A stretch of DNA of 64,000 nucleotides from Cyanobacteria bacterium J06626_4 (GTDB taxonomy: Bacteria; Cyanobacteriota; Cyanobacteriia; Phormidesmidales; Phormidesmidaceae). Below are positions 9,223-18,873 of the stretch, one piece after another (position 1 is the stretch's first letter; each line of letters opens with the position of its first letter). The stretch lies in contig JBCBJQ010000012.1 in NCBI GenBank assembly GCA_038523235.1, positions 35,307-99,306 of the forward strand, written 5' to 3'. The notes below the pieces were generated by a model. That model worked only from the letters and a program-made list of their open reading frames with translations. It made no database searches and had not been told where the DNA came from. Position numbers and translations under genes: made by a program.

Positions 9223-10620
9223 ATGTTGTTATCCACTCTGTTTCTTGCTGACTGGGGCAGTTCTGGCTTCAGCGATCCGGTTGCCCTGCTGCTGGCGGTG
9301 GCCGGTGGCCGCGACGGTGAAGCGGATGCCAAGGCGTTAGCCATCGCCGTGACGCTGACCACCATTTTGATTTTTCTCGCGGCTCAAGTCTTTGGTGAAA
9401 TTGCTGTTCGCATTGGTCTCCCTGAGGTGTTGGGAGAACTTATTGCCGGTTTCCTAATTGGCGTTTCGGGGGTGCAGCTGTTGATGCTGGGTAATGGTGG
9501 CCCCGTAGCTGATTGGGCCGTCACTACGGTGCAGCTCATGACTGGCAGTGATCCGGCGACAATTCAAGCGATTTTTGCGGGGCCAGTCACTATTTTGACC
9601 AATGAGTATGCCGCGACCGGAGTCGGGGTGCTGTTGTTCAAAATTGGCTTAGAGGCTGATCTCAAAAAACTGCTGAAAGTCGGGCCGCAGGCGGCATCAG
9701 TCGCGATTGCGGGGGTCGTTTTGCCGATGGTGGCCGGCTTTGGGGGATTAACCTTGCTCTTTGACTTAGCCGTCATTCCGGCGCTCTTTGCCGCCGCTGC
9801 GCTAACAGCCACCAGTATTGGCATTACGTCTCGCATCATGCAAGACATGGGAGTGCTGAATACGAAGGAAGGTCAAATTATTTTGGGCGCAGCCGTCCTG
9901 GATGACATTCTGGGAATTGCCATTTTGGCCGTGGCGATTGGCATTGCTGAGCGGGGCACGGTGGAGATTGCGAGCGTATTAAATATCATCGTCAGTGCCA
10001 CCTTATTTGTCGCCGCGGCGATCGCGCTCAATCAGACCTTTGGGCCTCGCTATATCAACTTCCTGGGGCGACTCAACAACCGCTACAGCGTCCTCATCGG
10101 GGCCATTATCTTTTTATCGGCAATGGCACTGGTGGCGCGAGCCATCGGCCTAGAAGAAATTCTGGGCTGTTTTGCGGCGGGCATCATCCTGAGTGATACC
10201 AGAGCCACAAAGACCTTGGAAAAAGCCTGTGACCCCCTAGTCGCTTTATTTACGACCATGTTTTTTGTCTCCATTGGAGCCAAAACGGATCTGACTGTCC
10301 TGAATCTGAGCAACCCTGAGAGTCGCCTCGGTTTAGTCATTGCCGGGTTTCTAACGATCGTCGCGATCGCGGGCAAACTCGCCGCTGGCTACTGTGTGTT
10401 TACTCGGAACAAAATCAACCGATTAGCCATTGGTACAGGCATGGTTCCTCGTGGTGAAGTGGGCCTCGTTTTTGCCGGTCTAGGAGCTGCCACCGGGGCC
10501 CTATCGGGGTCGGTTAATGTCGCGATTGTGTTGATGGTGATTGCGACCACTTTTGTGGCCCCGCCCATGCTGCGATGGGTATTCGCGAAGCAGCATCAGC
10601 AACTGGAACTGGAGCTGTAG
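9223..10620 (+). CDS. Cation:proton antiporter (CPA2, NapA/NhaS3-like)
   Basis: Polytopic membrane protein; 'LLFKIGLE', 'ALTATSIGIT', 'ILGAAVLDDILGI' and 'GMVPRGEVGL'. Confidence 0.92.
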   Translation: MLLSTLFLADWGSSGFSDPVALLLAVAGGRDGEADAKALAIAVTLTTILIFLAAQVFGEIAVRIGLPEVLGELIAGFLIGVSGVQLLMLGNGGPVADWAVTTVQLMTGSDPATIQAIFAGPVTILTNEYAATGVGVLLFKIGLEADLKKLLKVGPQAASVAIAGVVLPMVAGFGGLTLLFDLAVIPALFAAAALTATSIGITSRIMQDMGVLNTKEGQIILGAAVLDDILGIAILAVAIGIAERGTVEIASVLNIIVSATLFVAAAIALNQTFGPRYINFLGRLNNRYSVLIGAIIFLSAMALVARAIGLEEILGCFAAGIILSDTRATKTLEKACDPLVALFTTMFFVSIGAKTDLTVLNLSNPESRLGLVIAGFLTIVAIAGKLAAGYCVFTRNKINRLAIGTGMVPRGEVGLVFAGLGAATGALSGSVNVAIVLMVIATTFVAPPMLRWVFAKQHQQLELEL

Positions 10621-10932
10621 CGGCAAACGCCTATCGCTCTGTGATTCAGGAATAGGGCAGAGAAAGTCTTTAGTTGCTGGTGGTTAGTTGTCTGTATTAG
10701 CAAGCGAAATTCATGCTTACAGCAAACATTCAAGTTAAACGATTCACGATAAAAATTGTTTTTTTTAATTTCCTAATTCAGACTAGTGGCCGCATTCATT
10801 ATTCTCTGCAAGAAACAATTCAAAAACACCCTCAAAAAGCATGGCAGACACCATCTCAACAGCTTATGAGGGTTGTCCTGAACGTCTGAGCAAACAAATT
10901 ATCTTTCCAGCTTTACTCATAGAGGTTACATC

Positions 10933-11181
10933 ATGAACATCGAACGTCCTAACGCCAAACCCTTGTCTTCTGAAGAGATCGCTCACCTTGCAACCCTCAG
11001 ATCGGTGGTTGAGAAAGCTCTGGAAGATGGTCGATTTTCCATTTATGAAAGTGAACGAATTCAGTCCCTGATTTGGGCCGATGGCAAGGTCACGTATGAA
11101 GAGTTGCGGACGGTGAATGAAACCGTTAGCAGCGTGATGGGGAATCTCTTACCTGAGCTGGAATGGCGTAGCTATCGTTAG
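10933..11181 (+). CDS. Small hypothetical protein
   Basis: 82-aa ORF with AGAGGT SD-like element, two DG-x3-x-E loops and a downstream hairpin at ~11220-11242. Confidence 0.7.
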   Translation: MNIERPNAKPLSSEEIAHLATLRSVVEKALEDGRFSIYESERIQSLIWADGKVTYEELRTVNETVSSVMGNLLPELEWRSYR

Positions 11182-11328
11182 GGGCAATTCGTCGCTCGCA
11201 TCGCCCCAGCCGCACCCAAAACCAGTCGTTAGACGGCTGGTTCTGCCAGCACTCCCTCTGCTCTCTTTGCGCATCATCTACCCTGTCACCCTCCCCATTC
11301 TCGAGCTTTGCTAAACACCTGACTCACC

Positions 11329-13035
11329 ATGCTGATCAGACGTACTAACCCAAACTTAATGCGACGGCTACTGACAGCGACAGCACTGTGCCTGACCTCT
11401 GGGAGCCTGGTTGCTTTACCCGTCAGCTCAGCCGAAACGATTTATTTTGACTATGGCTTGTGGGGGCGATCGCTCTCCACTTCATCTTTAGAAGCCTTTG
11501 CTACAGACGGCACTGTCGATGCTGAACTCGCCTCCTATCTAGCTGCTCTGCCGCCAACCAACCAACAGGAACTCCAGCGCATTTTGAACACGCCTCTACA
11601 GACATTGGGGTCAGATACCTTTGCCCAAATTAGTGATCCCTTTGTGCTGTCTCAGTGGCTGTACACGCCGATGGGAGATACCTTTCTGGCTTCGCTGGGG
11701 TTATTGATTCAAACCCAGAGCGGCCAAAACGGACAACAGGCGCTGCGAGCCGCCATGATTTTAGCCGCCGCCGACCCGGCTGGCCTGTCGCTCATCAATA
11801 TCATCCGGTTTTACCCAACCAATGGGCTGCGGCTAGATTTACCGCAAATCTTGGCTCTAGCAGATAGCCTCAACACAAATATCGCCATCACTAACCAATT
11901 AGTGATGGTGGCAACTGACCAGTCACAGCTCGCAGCGGCATCTGACCCCGCGATGGACTATGGTGCCCTGCCCCTATTGGCCGAAACTGGCCCGTTTGAG
12001 GTGGTGCAACAAGCGTTAGTACTAGAGGATCAGCAGCGCGATCGCACCTATCCGGTAGATGTCTACCAGCCCGCAGATCTGCATGCGGTCCCTGGCCCGG
12101 TGCCAGTCATGGTGTTCTCCCACGGGTACGGCGAGACCCGTACCCAGCTTGACATCAGTTCGTTGGCCCATAGCGTGGCGGCAAATGGCTTCGTAGTGGC
12201 CGTACCTGAACACATCGGCAGCAACCAGGCCTATCAGCATGATTTAGCTCAAGGCTTAGTACCCGAATCCTTTGCCGCGATGGAGTTCATCAATCGCCCT
12301 TTAGATATCCGGTTTCTCCTCGATACCCTCGAGCAAAAAAATGAGACTGAGTTTCAAGGACGCCTGCAGTTAGAGCAAGTAGGGCTGATGGGCTACTCCT
12401 TTGGGGGCTATACGGCCTTGGCCACCGCCGGAGCCACGGTTGATCTGGAGCGATTGCACCAGCAGTGTGACCTTGACGCCGAGTTCACCTCTGACACGGC
12501 CAATATTGCCCTCTTAATTCAGTGCCGGTTGTTCGAATTAGCCGCCTTACCCAACGCCATTCCCGCCCTCACCGATGGCAGTCTGGCCGATGACCGGGTC
12601 GGCTTGGTCATTGCCTTTGCCCCCTTAAGCAATCTATTTGGCGAGCAGGGCATGGGCAATATTCAAAGTCCAGTTGTGATTATGGGTGGGGCCTATGACG
12701 TAGCCGCCCCCATTGCCCTAGAGCAGCTGACCGCTTTTCAATGGCTCACGACATCCGACAAGTATTTCTACGTGGCCGAAAACCTGTCTCATACCTCTGA
12801 GCTCACCCGGCTCGTCTTGGCGTTAGAACATCCTCAGAGTGATATTGTCACCCAATTCAATGCTGCCGAAAGCGAGCTGTTTAGTCTGGCCATATCGCTC
12901 GCCATCGCTCATGGCCATGTTTATCTACACCACGATGACGCTTATCGCCCCTACCTGACAGCGGCTTATGTTGAGACCCTTAGCAGAGAACCCACCAAGC
13001 TACATCTGCTGCGCTCTTTTCCAGACAGTTTTTAG
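11329..13035 (+). CDS. DUF1400 + alpha/beta hydrolase (secreted, dienelactone hydrolase/PAF-AH-like)
   Basis: Signal peptide, then 'AETIYFDYG' DUF1400-like start; SHGYG oxyanion motif; GYSFGG nucleophile elbow. Confidence 0.88.
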   Translation: MLIRRTNPNLMRRLLTATALCLTSGSLVALPVSSAETIYFDYGLWGRSLSTSSLEAFATDGTVDAELASYLAALPPTNQQELQRILNTPLQTLGSDTFAQISDPFVLSQWLYTPMGDTFLASLGLLIQTQSGQNGQQALRAAMILAAADPAGLSLINIIRFYPTNGLRLDLPQILALADSLNTNIAITNQLVMVATDQSQLAAASDPAMDYGALPLLAETGPFEVVQQALVLEDQQRDRTYPVDVYQPADLHAVPGPVPVMVFSHGYGETRTQLDISSLAHSVAANGFVVAVPEHIGSNQAYQHDLAQGLVPESFAAMEFINRPLDIRFLLDTLEQKNETEFQGRLQLEQVGLMGYSFGGYTALATAGATVDLERLHQQCDLDAEFTSDTANIALLIQCRLFELAALPNAIPALTDGSLADDRVGLVIAFAPLSNLFGEQGMGNIQSPVVIMGGAYDVAAPIALEQLTAFQWLTTSDKYFYVAENLSHTSELTRLVLALEHPQSDIVTQFNAAESELFSLAISLAIAHGHVYLHHDDAYRPYLTAAYVETLSREPTKLHLLRSFPDSF

Positions 13036-13352
13036 CTCGGGTGAATGTCTTGACGGCGTGATCGCTGGCCTTGCCATCAAGCCCCTCTCCAGCCTGACCA
13101 TACAAGCTGCATGATTCCAAGCGTTGCAAACCCCTGCAAACACCGTTTGAGAGATCGGACAACACGCCTCCAAACCGTTTACTCAGAAAAGCATCCACGC
13201 ATCGAGCCTGCAACACTGCCACCCCCAATTCGATTGACCCGCACCAAACTGCAGGCCCGCTTGGGCTGGGTTGGCGCCATATTTGCGCGATCGCAGCGGC
13301 AGACTTTGCAGAATCGCGACTGCAGACTTTTCAGCCACGAGGTGATTTCTTC

Positions 13353-13404
13353 TTGACAAACATGAGTTAAGCTCACATAATCAATACATGAGTTTAACTC
13401 ATGT
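13353..13404 (+). promoter_or_regulatory. P450 promoter with two ATGAG-N5-CTCA(T/C) operators
   Basis: TTGACA (13353-13358), 17-bp spacer, CATAAT (13376-13381). ATGAG-TTAAG-CTCAC at 13362-13376 and ACATGAG-TTTAA-CTCATGT at 13386-13404. Confidence 0.75.
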
Positions 13405-13482
13405 TTTAGTTGATCAGCATTCGCTTCAGCAGTGATGCTCGACTGACTCCTGTTTTGTCATTTGCCGCTTGAGGAAAAATCT

Positions 13483-14829
13483 ATGAAAACTCCAGCCTCT
13501 CATGCTCAGAACTTACTCAATCTGCCTCGCCCCGATGCTGCAACTGCCCTCGCTGAGTACAGCCAAGATCCCTTAGCTTTCACAACTCGCTGTGCTCGGG
13601 AGTACGGTGAGATAGTGCCGATTCAAATGGCAGGAGAGCTCTTCTGCTTACTCAGCAATCCGGCCCACATTACCGAAGTGCTCAAAGATTGGCGGCTGTT
13701 CACCAAGGCCCAAGACTTAAAACTGCTATCCGGGTTGCTGGGCACCGGGCTCTTGACCAGTGAAGGCAGCTTCTGGCAGCGGCAGCGGCGACTCACTCAG
13801 CCCATCTTCAAGCAAAGACGCATCGACAGCTACGGTGAAGTGATGGTCGATTATACCCAGCGCATGTTAGCTCACTGGCAACCGGGCGCTGTCCTCGACG
13901 TGCATGAGGAGATGATGCGCCTGACGCTCAATATCGTCATGAAAACCATTTTTGACCAGGATATTGGCGATGGCGATGCCCATAAAGTGGCTGAAGCCCT
14001 CGAAGAAACCATGACTTGGTTTGTCGAGAAGTCAGCGGCGCTGCTCGCCGGTGATGAGCGCACCACATCAGCAGATGCGCGCTATCAAGATGCGATCGCT
14101 CAGCTTGATGCCACAATTTACGCCATGATCGACTACCGTCGCCAAACTGAGCACCCTGGTAACGATCTGCTGGGTATGTTTATGCAAGTTGTCGATGCCG
14201 ATGACGGCAGCCGCATGACCGATAAGCAGCTCCGTGATGAAGCCGCCACGCTGATGCTGGCCGGACATGAAACCACTGCCAATACCTTGGCGTGGACTTG
14301 GCTACTGCTGGGACAACATCCTACTGTCTGGGCGCAGCTCGATCAGGAACTCAAAACGGTGCTGCAAGGTCGCCCCCCCACGTTTGAAGATCTGCAGCAG
14401 CTCCCTTACACAAACATGGTGATCAAAGAAGCCATGCGACTGTATCCTCCCGTCACCGATGTCACCCGAGAAGCAAGTGCAGACTGCGAAATTGGCGATT
14501 ATCACATTCCCAAGGGCACCACGCTGATTTGCAGCCAATGGGTGATGCACCATGACCCTCGCTATTTTGACCAGCCCGCAGTCTTTAACCCCAGTCGCTG
14601 GGCCAATGATTTTGAAAAGAGCCTGCCGCGTGGCGTGTATTTTCCCTTTAGCGATGGCCCCAGAGTCTGCATTGGCAAGGGCTTTGCCATGATGGAAGCC
14701 GTGTTGCTATTGGCTACGATCGCCCAGTCTTTTCGGCTAGAGCTTGACCCAACCCATGTGGTTGAGCCACAGCCTTCAGTGACATTACGCCCCAAAACCG
14801 GTATTCGGGTGGTGCTGAAGAGTGCTTAG
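13483..14829 (+). CDS. Cytochrome P450
   Basis: I-helix AGHETT, K-helix EAMR and heme ligand FSDGPRVCIG. GAGGA SD precedes ATG 13483. Confidence 0.96.
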   Translation: MKTPASHAQNLLNLPRPDAATALAEYSQDPLAFTTRCAREYGEIVPIQMAGELFCLLSNPAHITEVLKDWRLFTKAQDLKLLSGLLGTGLLTSEGSFWQRQRRLTQPIFKQRRIDSYGEVMVDYTQRMLAHWQPGAVLDVHEEMMRLTLNIVMKTIFDQDIGDGDAHKVAEALEETMTWFVEKSAALLAGDERTTSADARYQDAIAQLDATIYAMIDYRRQTEHPGNDLLGMFMQVVDADDGSRMTDKQLRDEAATLMLAGHETTANTLAWTWLLLGQHPTVWAQLDQELKTVLQGRPPTFEDLQQLPYTNMVIKEAMRLYPPVTDVTREASADCEIGDYHIPKGTTLICSQWVMHHDPRYFDQPAVFNPSRWANDFEKSLPRGVYFPFSDGPRVCIGKGFAMMEAVLLLATIAQSFRLELDPTHVVEPQPSVTLRPKTGIRVVLKSA

Positions 14830-15116
14830 CCCAGAATCCACACCCCAGCAACATCCAGACTGGTCGAGTAGTGCACTTTGGGTTGGCTGAGGCTACCGCC
14901 CAAGTCCTCAAAGGCCTGGCGCCATAGCTGACGCAATAGCGAACCGCAGTCAGGTTGGGACACTTTTAATCGCCGGATCGCTAGCGGCAAGGCCCTTCCC
15001 TGCGCCTTGAACCCGTCACCTTTCTACTCTCTGCCATACATCAGGGTGCACCGCTTGACCTCAGATTTGCCTCTCACCTCAAAACGTTTCCAGCCCTCTC
15101 AGAGGAGATTAGAGTC

Positions 15117-15302
15117 ATGCAACTGCTCAAAGAAATTAAGCTGTCCCGTTTGGTTTTGGCCATGGCGATAACACTGCTCATTGCTGACACAGTGCCGCAC
15201 CCCAGTCTGTCGGATGGCCTCCTCACAAATTCCTGGAACCTGATCCAGGGCACATCGGCTACCGCTTCCCCCTCAGACCCGACAATCGCAGATTCCAACT
15301 AA
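15117..15302 (+). CDS. Putative small secreted or membrane-anchored protein
   Basis: GAGGAG SD-like element; basic N-terminus plus hydrophobic stretch (signal-peptide-like). Confidence 0.4.
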   Translation: MQLLKEIKLSRLVLAMAITLLIADTVPHPSLSDGLLTNSWNLIQGTSATASPSDPTIADSN

Positions 15303-15719
15303 ATCACCAATGCTTCAGGCAATGCGTTTCATAGTTTGCACGCCTTCGTCGCTCAGGCGACTGATGGCAGGGGGAAAACACTCAATGGCGACACGACCTA
15401 GCTTGACTCTATCGCCCAACGCTTTGCTACTCTCAGTCCGTGCCCATGCTGGTGCGCTCGATTCAGTGACTATTTCACTGCCTCCAGTTTGATGACATTG
15501 CTCTTCCAGCCAGGCTCATATCTTTGATCCAGCAATGCCGGAAAAAGTCGGGTCACCAGCGAAGGGGAGTAGTGCATGCAACCCCAAACTTCAGGGATGC
15601 CCTACGCTCTTGATAGATGGCAGGTCAATCGCTAACGCTCTTTTCATCCATCTGCTCTCGCCGCTTCCTCAACCTTGCGTTCTGCAGGAATATTCCTATC
15701 AAGCTGATCCTTGACGTCG

Positions 15720-16334
15720 TTAATCCTCATAAATGCGGGCTTCAGGGGCATCAGGATTCTCTTCGGTATATTCCTGAAAGGCTGATTTTCCAGCCTCGTT
15801 CTTACGTTGATGAGCCGCTGCCGCTTGGAGTTCTTCCACGACATCCCAAGCCGCAGCACAAGCCGGGGAAGTATCGCCCTGCGCTTTGCAGATCACCCGG
15901 GCTTCTTCTCGCGCCACCTCAATGCGATCTTCCAAAAACATTTGCTTAGGCTTTTCGACAAAATCGCTCTTGCGCAAGATATCGCTGATGGAGATGATGC
16001 CCAGCAGCTGACCTTGAATGACGGGAGCACGACGAATCTTGGTTTGGGCAAATAGCCGAGCAACATACTCAACCCCCAGATCGGGATTCACCACGACACA
16101 GGGCTTCGTCATGATTTCGTAGACGCGCATTTGCCTTGGGTCGTGCCCAAAGGCTGCCACCTTGTAGATAATGTCGGTTTCAGTCACCATGCCGTATGGA
16201 TCTGCAGCGTGGCGGGGTTCCACAATCAAGGCGCGGAGGCTTTTATCTTTCATCATGGCAACAGCGTCGGCAACGGTAGCCGAGCCACGAATTGTGACCA
16301 CCGCTTTGGTCATAATGTCGGAGGCTTTCATCAT
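15720..16334 (-). CDS. CBS-CP12 fusion protein (N-terminal Cys pair only)
   Basis: CBS pair followed by CP12 signature 'C-x9-CAAAWDVVEEL' and tail 'YTEENPDAPEARIYED' that lacks the C-terminal cysteines. Confidence 0.93.
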   Translation of the reverse strand: MMKASDIMTKAVVTIRGSATVADAVAMMKDKSLRALIVEPRHAADPYGMVTETDIIYKVAAFGHDPRQMRVYEIMTKPCVVVNPDLGVEYVARLFAQTKIRRAPVIQGQLLGIISISDILRKSDFVEKPKQMFLEDRIEVAREEARVICKAQGDTSPACAAAWDVVEELQAAAAHQRKNEAGKSAFQEYTEENPDAPEARIYED

Positions 16335-16497
16335 AGAGGTAACCTAATTTGAATCGATTGACTAGGCGTAGCAAAATCAGAAAGAGACAATCTCAACCTG
16401 TTTTGATAATATCTACGAGATGGATCTTACAGGGTCTCGATCGCCCTTTTTATGCGGAGAAAGATTAATCCTTGAGACTTTCTCCAGTGAGAGATCT

Positions 16498-16725
16498 CTA
16501 GGTTGAAGATAGGCTCATCGAACTCAGTTGGCCAGGGGCATACGCCTCAAGGACTCTGCCTGCAGGAAAACCCATAATCATTAAATAGTCGCAGGCTGCG
16601 CAGGCGGTTTGAACGATATAATCGCATCCGTCTGCCTGGCGATCGCTCAGCAACTGACGTTCTGCAAAGTCACCACAATTGGAACATCGCACCCATTGAA
16701 TTGTTGCCATCGCAAGCACCTCCAA
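16498..16725 (-). CDS. Small Cys4 zinc-ribbon-like protein
   Basis: CSNC...CAAC motifs and 'VLEAYAPG' tail; GGAGG upstream of an alternative ATG at 16710. Confidence 0.75.
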   Translation of the reverse strand: MEVLAMATIQWVRCSNCGDFAERQLLSDRQADGCDYIVQTACAACDYLMIMGFPAGRVLEAYAPGQLSSMSLSST

Positions 16726-16778
16726 ACCCTCTGAGAGAAAGCATTAACACCGCTGCAACAAAAAACTATAGGTGGTGG

Positions 16779-17102
16779 CTAAAGCAGTTTATCTAGTGCT
16801 TCAGTGAAAGTTTCATAGGGTTTAACTCCGACTAAGGTTTCTACTAATTCACCCTGCTTAAAAAACATGACTGCAGGAATACTTATAATACTAAATCGCT
16901 TGGCCACAGAGTAGTTAGCATCTAGATCTAGCTTAAAAACCTGCGCGCGATCGCCATAATCATTAGCCAGCTGATCGATCAAAGGGGCGACCAGCTTGCA
17001 GGGACCACACCAAGTTGCGGTGCAGTCCACGACTACTAAAGATTTATTCTCTAAAAGCGCATCAAATGTCGCTTCATCTTCGATAAATGTGGCCGTACCC
17101 AT
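16779..17102 (-). CDS. Thioredoxin
   Basis: WCGPC active site; cis-Pro motif 'SIPAV'. Confidence 0.95.
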   Translation of the reverse strand: MGTATFIEDEATFDALLENKSLVVVDCTATWCGPCKLVAPLIDQLANDYGDRAQVFKLDLDANYSVAKRFSIISIPAVMFFKQGELVETLVGVKPYETFTEALDKLL

Positions 17103-17180
17103 GACTGCGTCTCCAAAGTAGTGGTGTTGGGAAGATCTACCGATAAAAACGTGATGATGTTAGGCACTCAGGTGTGCGCT

Positions 17181-17483
17181 CTAGATGTCATACAAAGCTT
17201 CTTCTTGGTGCGTTTGAATGGTGCAATCAGACGTGGGGTAAGCCACACACGTCAACACAAAGCCTGCCGTCATCTGGTCATCATCTAAAAAAGACTGATC
17301 AGACTGATCTACCGTCCCTGACACCAACTTGCCGGCGCAGGTAGAGCATGATCCAGCCCGACAAGACACCGGCAAATCAACGTCTTGTTCTTCTGCGGCA
17401 TCCACGATGTATTGGTCATCAGGAACGTCAATGACGACATTTAACCCCTCATCATTCATCAACGTGACTTTATATGTAGCCAT
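17181..17483 (-). CDS. Plant-type [2Fe-2S] ferredoxin
   Basis: '[13 protein letters not shown]...[12 protein letters not shown]'. Confidence 0.96.
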   Translation of the reverse strand: MATYKVTLMNDEGLNVVIDVPDDQYIVDAAEEQDVDLPVSCRAGSCSTCAGKLVSGTVDQSDQSFLDDDQMTAGFVLTCVAYPTSDCTIQTHQEEALYDI

Positions 17484-17565
17484 GGGTTGCTCCTATCAAA
17501 AAATTTTCAGATTAAACTGCAGAGGCTGCTGCTAATAGTTCTCAGCTACCGCCTCAAGCAGATTT

Positions 17566-18144
17566 CTAAACTCGCGCTAATCGACTTGATTGATTGACGA
17601 GCAGCGATGCTTGCAAGATCTGCGTCACCGCTTCTGGCGAACGATTACCATCGATGTTGATGAGACACTCGCGTTTTTCGTAAAAGTCAATCAAGGGAGT
17701 GGTATCGGCCTGATAAATCTCCAGGCGACGGCGAATGGTCGCGGCGGTATCATCTTGACGCCCCCTAGCGAGCATCCGGGTCACCAGATTTTCCGTAGAC
17801 ACCTCAAAGTAAATAGTCTGAGGATGCGGTTGCCGAAAGCGGGTGAGCAATTTATCCAGCGCTTGCGCTTGCGCTAACGTGCGGGGAAACCCATCTAGAA
17901 TCCAGCCCTGCTTCATATCCGGCGCCTCGAAGCGCTCACGGATCAGCGCCATGATGAGAATATCGGGAACCAGTTCGCCGGCTTCCACATGGGTGCGCGC
18001 TTGGATACCCAGAGAAGTCTTACCTGCGATCGCCGCTCGCAAAATATCACCCGTAGAAATGTGGGGCACTTGCCAGCGATCGGCCAAAATACTTGCTTGT
18101 GTTCCTTTACCTGCGCCTGGAGGGCCGAGAAAGATAAATTGCAT
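17566..18144 (-). CDS. adk: Adenylate kinase (short LID; stand-alone paralogue)
   Basis: GPPGAGKGT P-loop, HISTGDILR, LDGFPRT and RGRQDD. Confidence 0.93.
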   Translation of the reverse strand: MQFIFLGPPGAGKGTQASILADRWQVPHISTGDILRAAIAGKTSLGIQARTHVEAGELVPDILIMALIRERFEAPDMKQGWILDGFPRTLAQAQALDKLLTRFRQPHPQTIYFEVSTENLVTRMLARGRQDDTAATIRRRLEIYQADTTPLIDFYEKRECLINIDGNRSPEAVTQILQASLLVNQSSRLARV

Positions 18145-18228
18145 GGGACCTATAGTTAGATTGAATTAGCTAGATTGAATTCAGAGATTGATAAGCTGAA
18201 GAGCAAAGTCATTAAGTTGCGACTAGCA

Positions 18229-18576
18229 ATGAGCGCTGAACACCTCAGAAATCACGAAATTTGGGAAAGACTTGAGCAAGGGCGGCAATCTAAAGCCAGT
18301 AGCGGTGGCTACGCAGGCTACGGGTCTCCGGCTTTTGGCCAACGAGCAGTCAATGGTGAATTGATCAATGACCCCGCAGAATGTGAAATCATTGAGCTAA
18401 TTCGCCGCCATCACAAGTCCGGCAAGTCTTTGCAAAAAATCGCCGATTGGCTCAATCAGCAGGGCTACACCACCAAGCGTGGGCAGGCTTGGCAGCGCAT
18501 TTCTGTCAAGCGAGTGTTAGACCGACTTTATGGCCCCCCGCCGAGAACCCGAGGCGTTAATCCTCAGAAACCATGA
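18229..18576 (+). CDS. Recombinase-domain-only protein (serine-recombinase DNA-binding domain, no catalytic domain)
   Basis: 'GGYAGYGSPAFG...E..IIELIRR....GKSLQKIADWLNQQGYTTKRGQAW....VKRVL' matches the recombinase domain. No YxRVS catalytic motif. Confidence 0.8.
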   Translation: MSAEHLRNHEIWERLEQGRQSKASSGGYAGYGSPAFGQRAVNGELINDPAECEIIELIRRHHKSGKSLQKIADWLNQQGYTTKRGQAWQRISVKRVLDRLYGPPPRTRGVNPQKP

Positions 18577-18873
18577 CGGCTGCAAGTAGCGCCCTCGACC
18601 TTGGCCATGCCGCTACTGACAACCTCAACAGCGTAAAAGCCAGCCCTAGAAAGACCATACACACTTTTCATTGTTACACCCCTGGAGTATATACCAAAAT
18701 CCAGCTTAAATATGCTCCCAGCATTTTTTCTGGGAGTTGAAACGTTACATCCCTGTTTTAGGTCTCGGCGGGCTCATGTTTGAATTCGTTCGCATAAAGT
18801 ATGAAAAGGCAGGCTTTGCTCGGCAGCGGATTGCTGTTGGTGGCCTAACTAACCAGTTTGCTCGGTAACATTT

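Noticed and set aside
18175..18576. Active integrase marking a mobile island
   Set aside because: No catalytic serine domain and no att-like repeats seen
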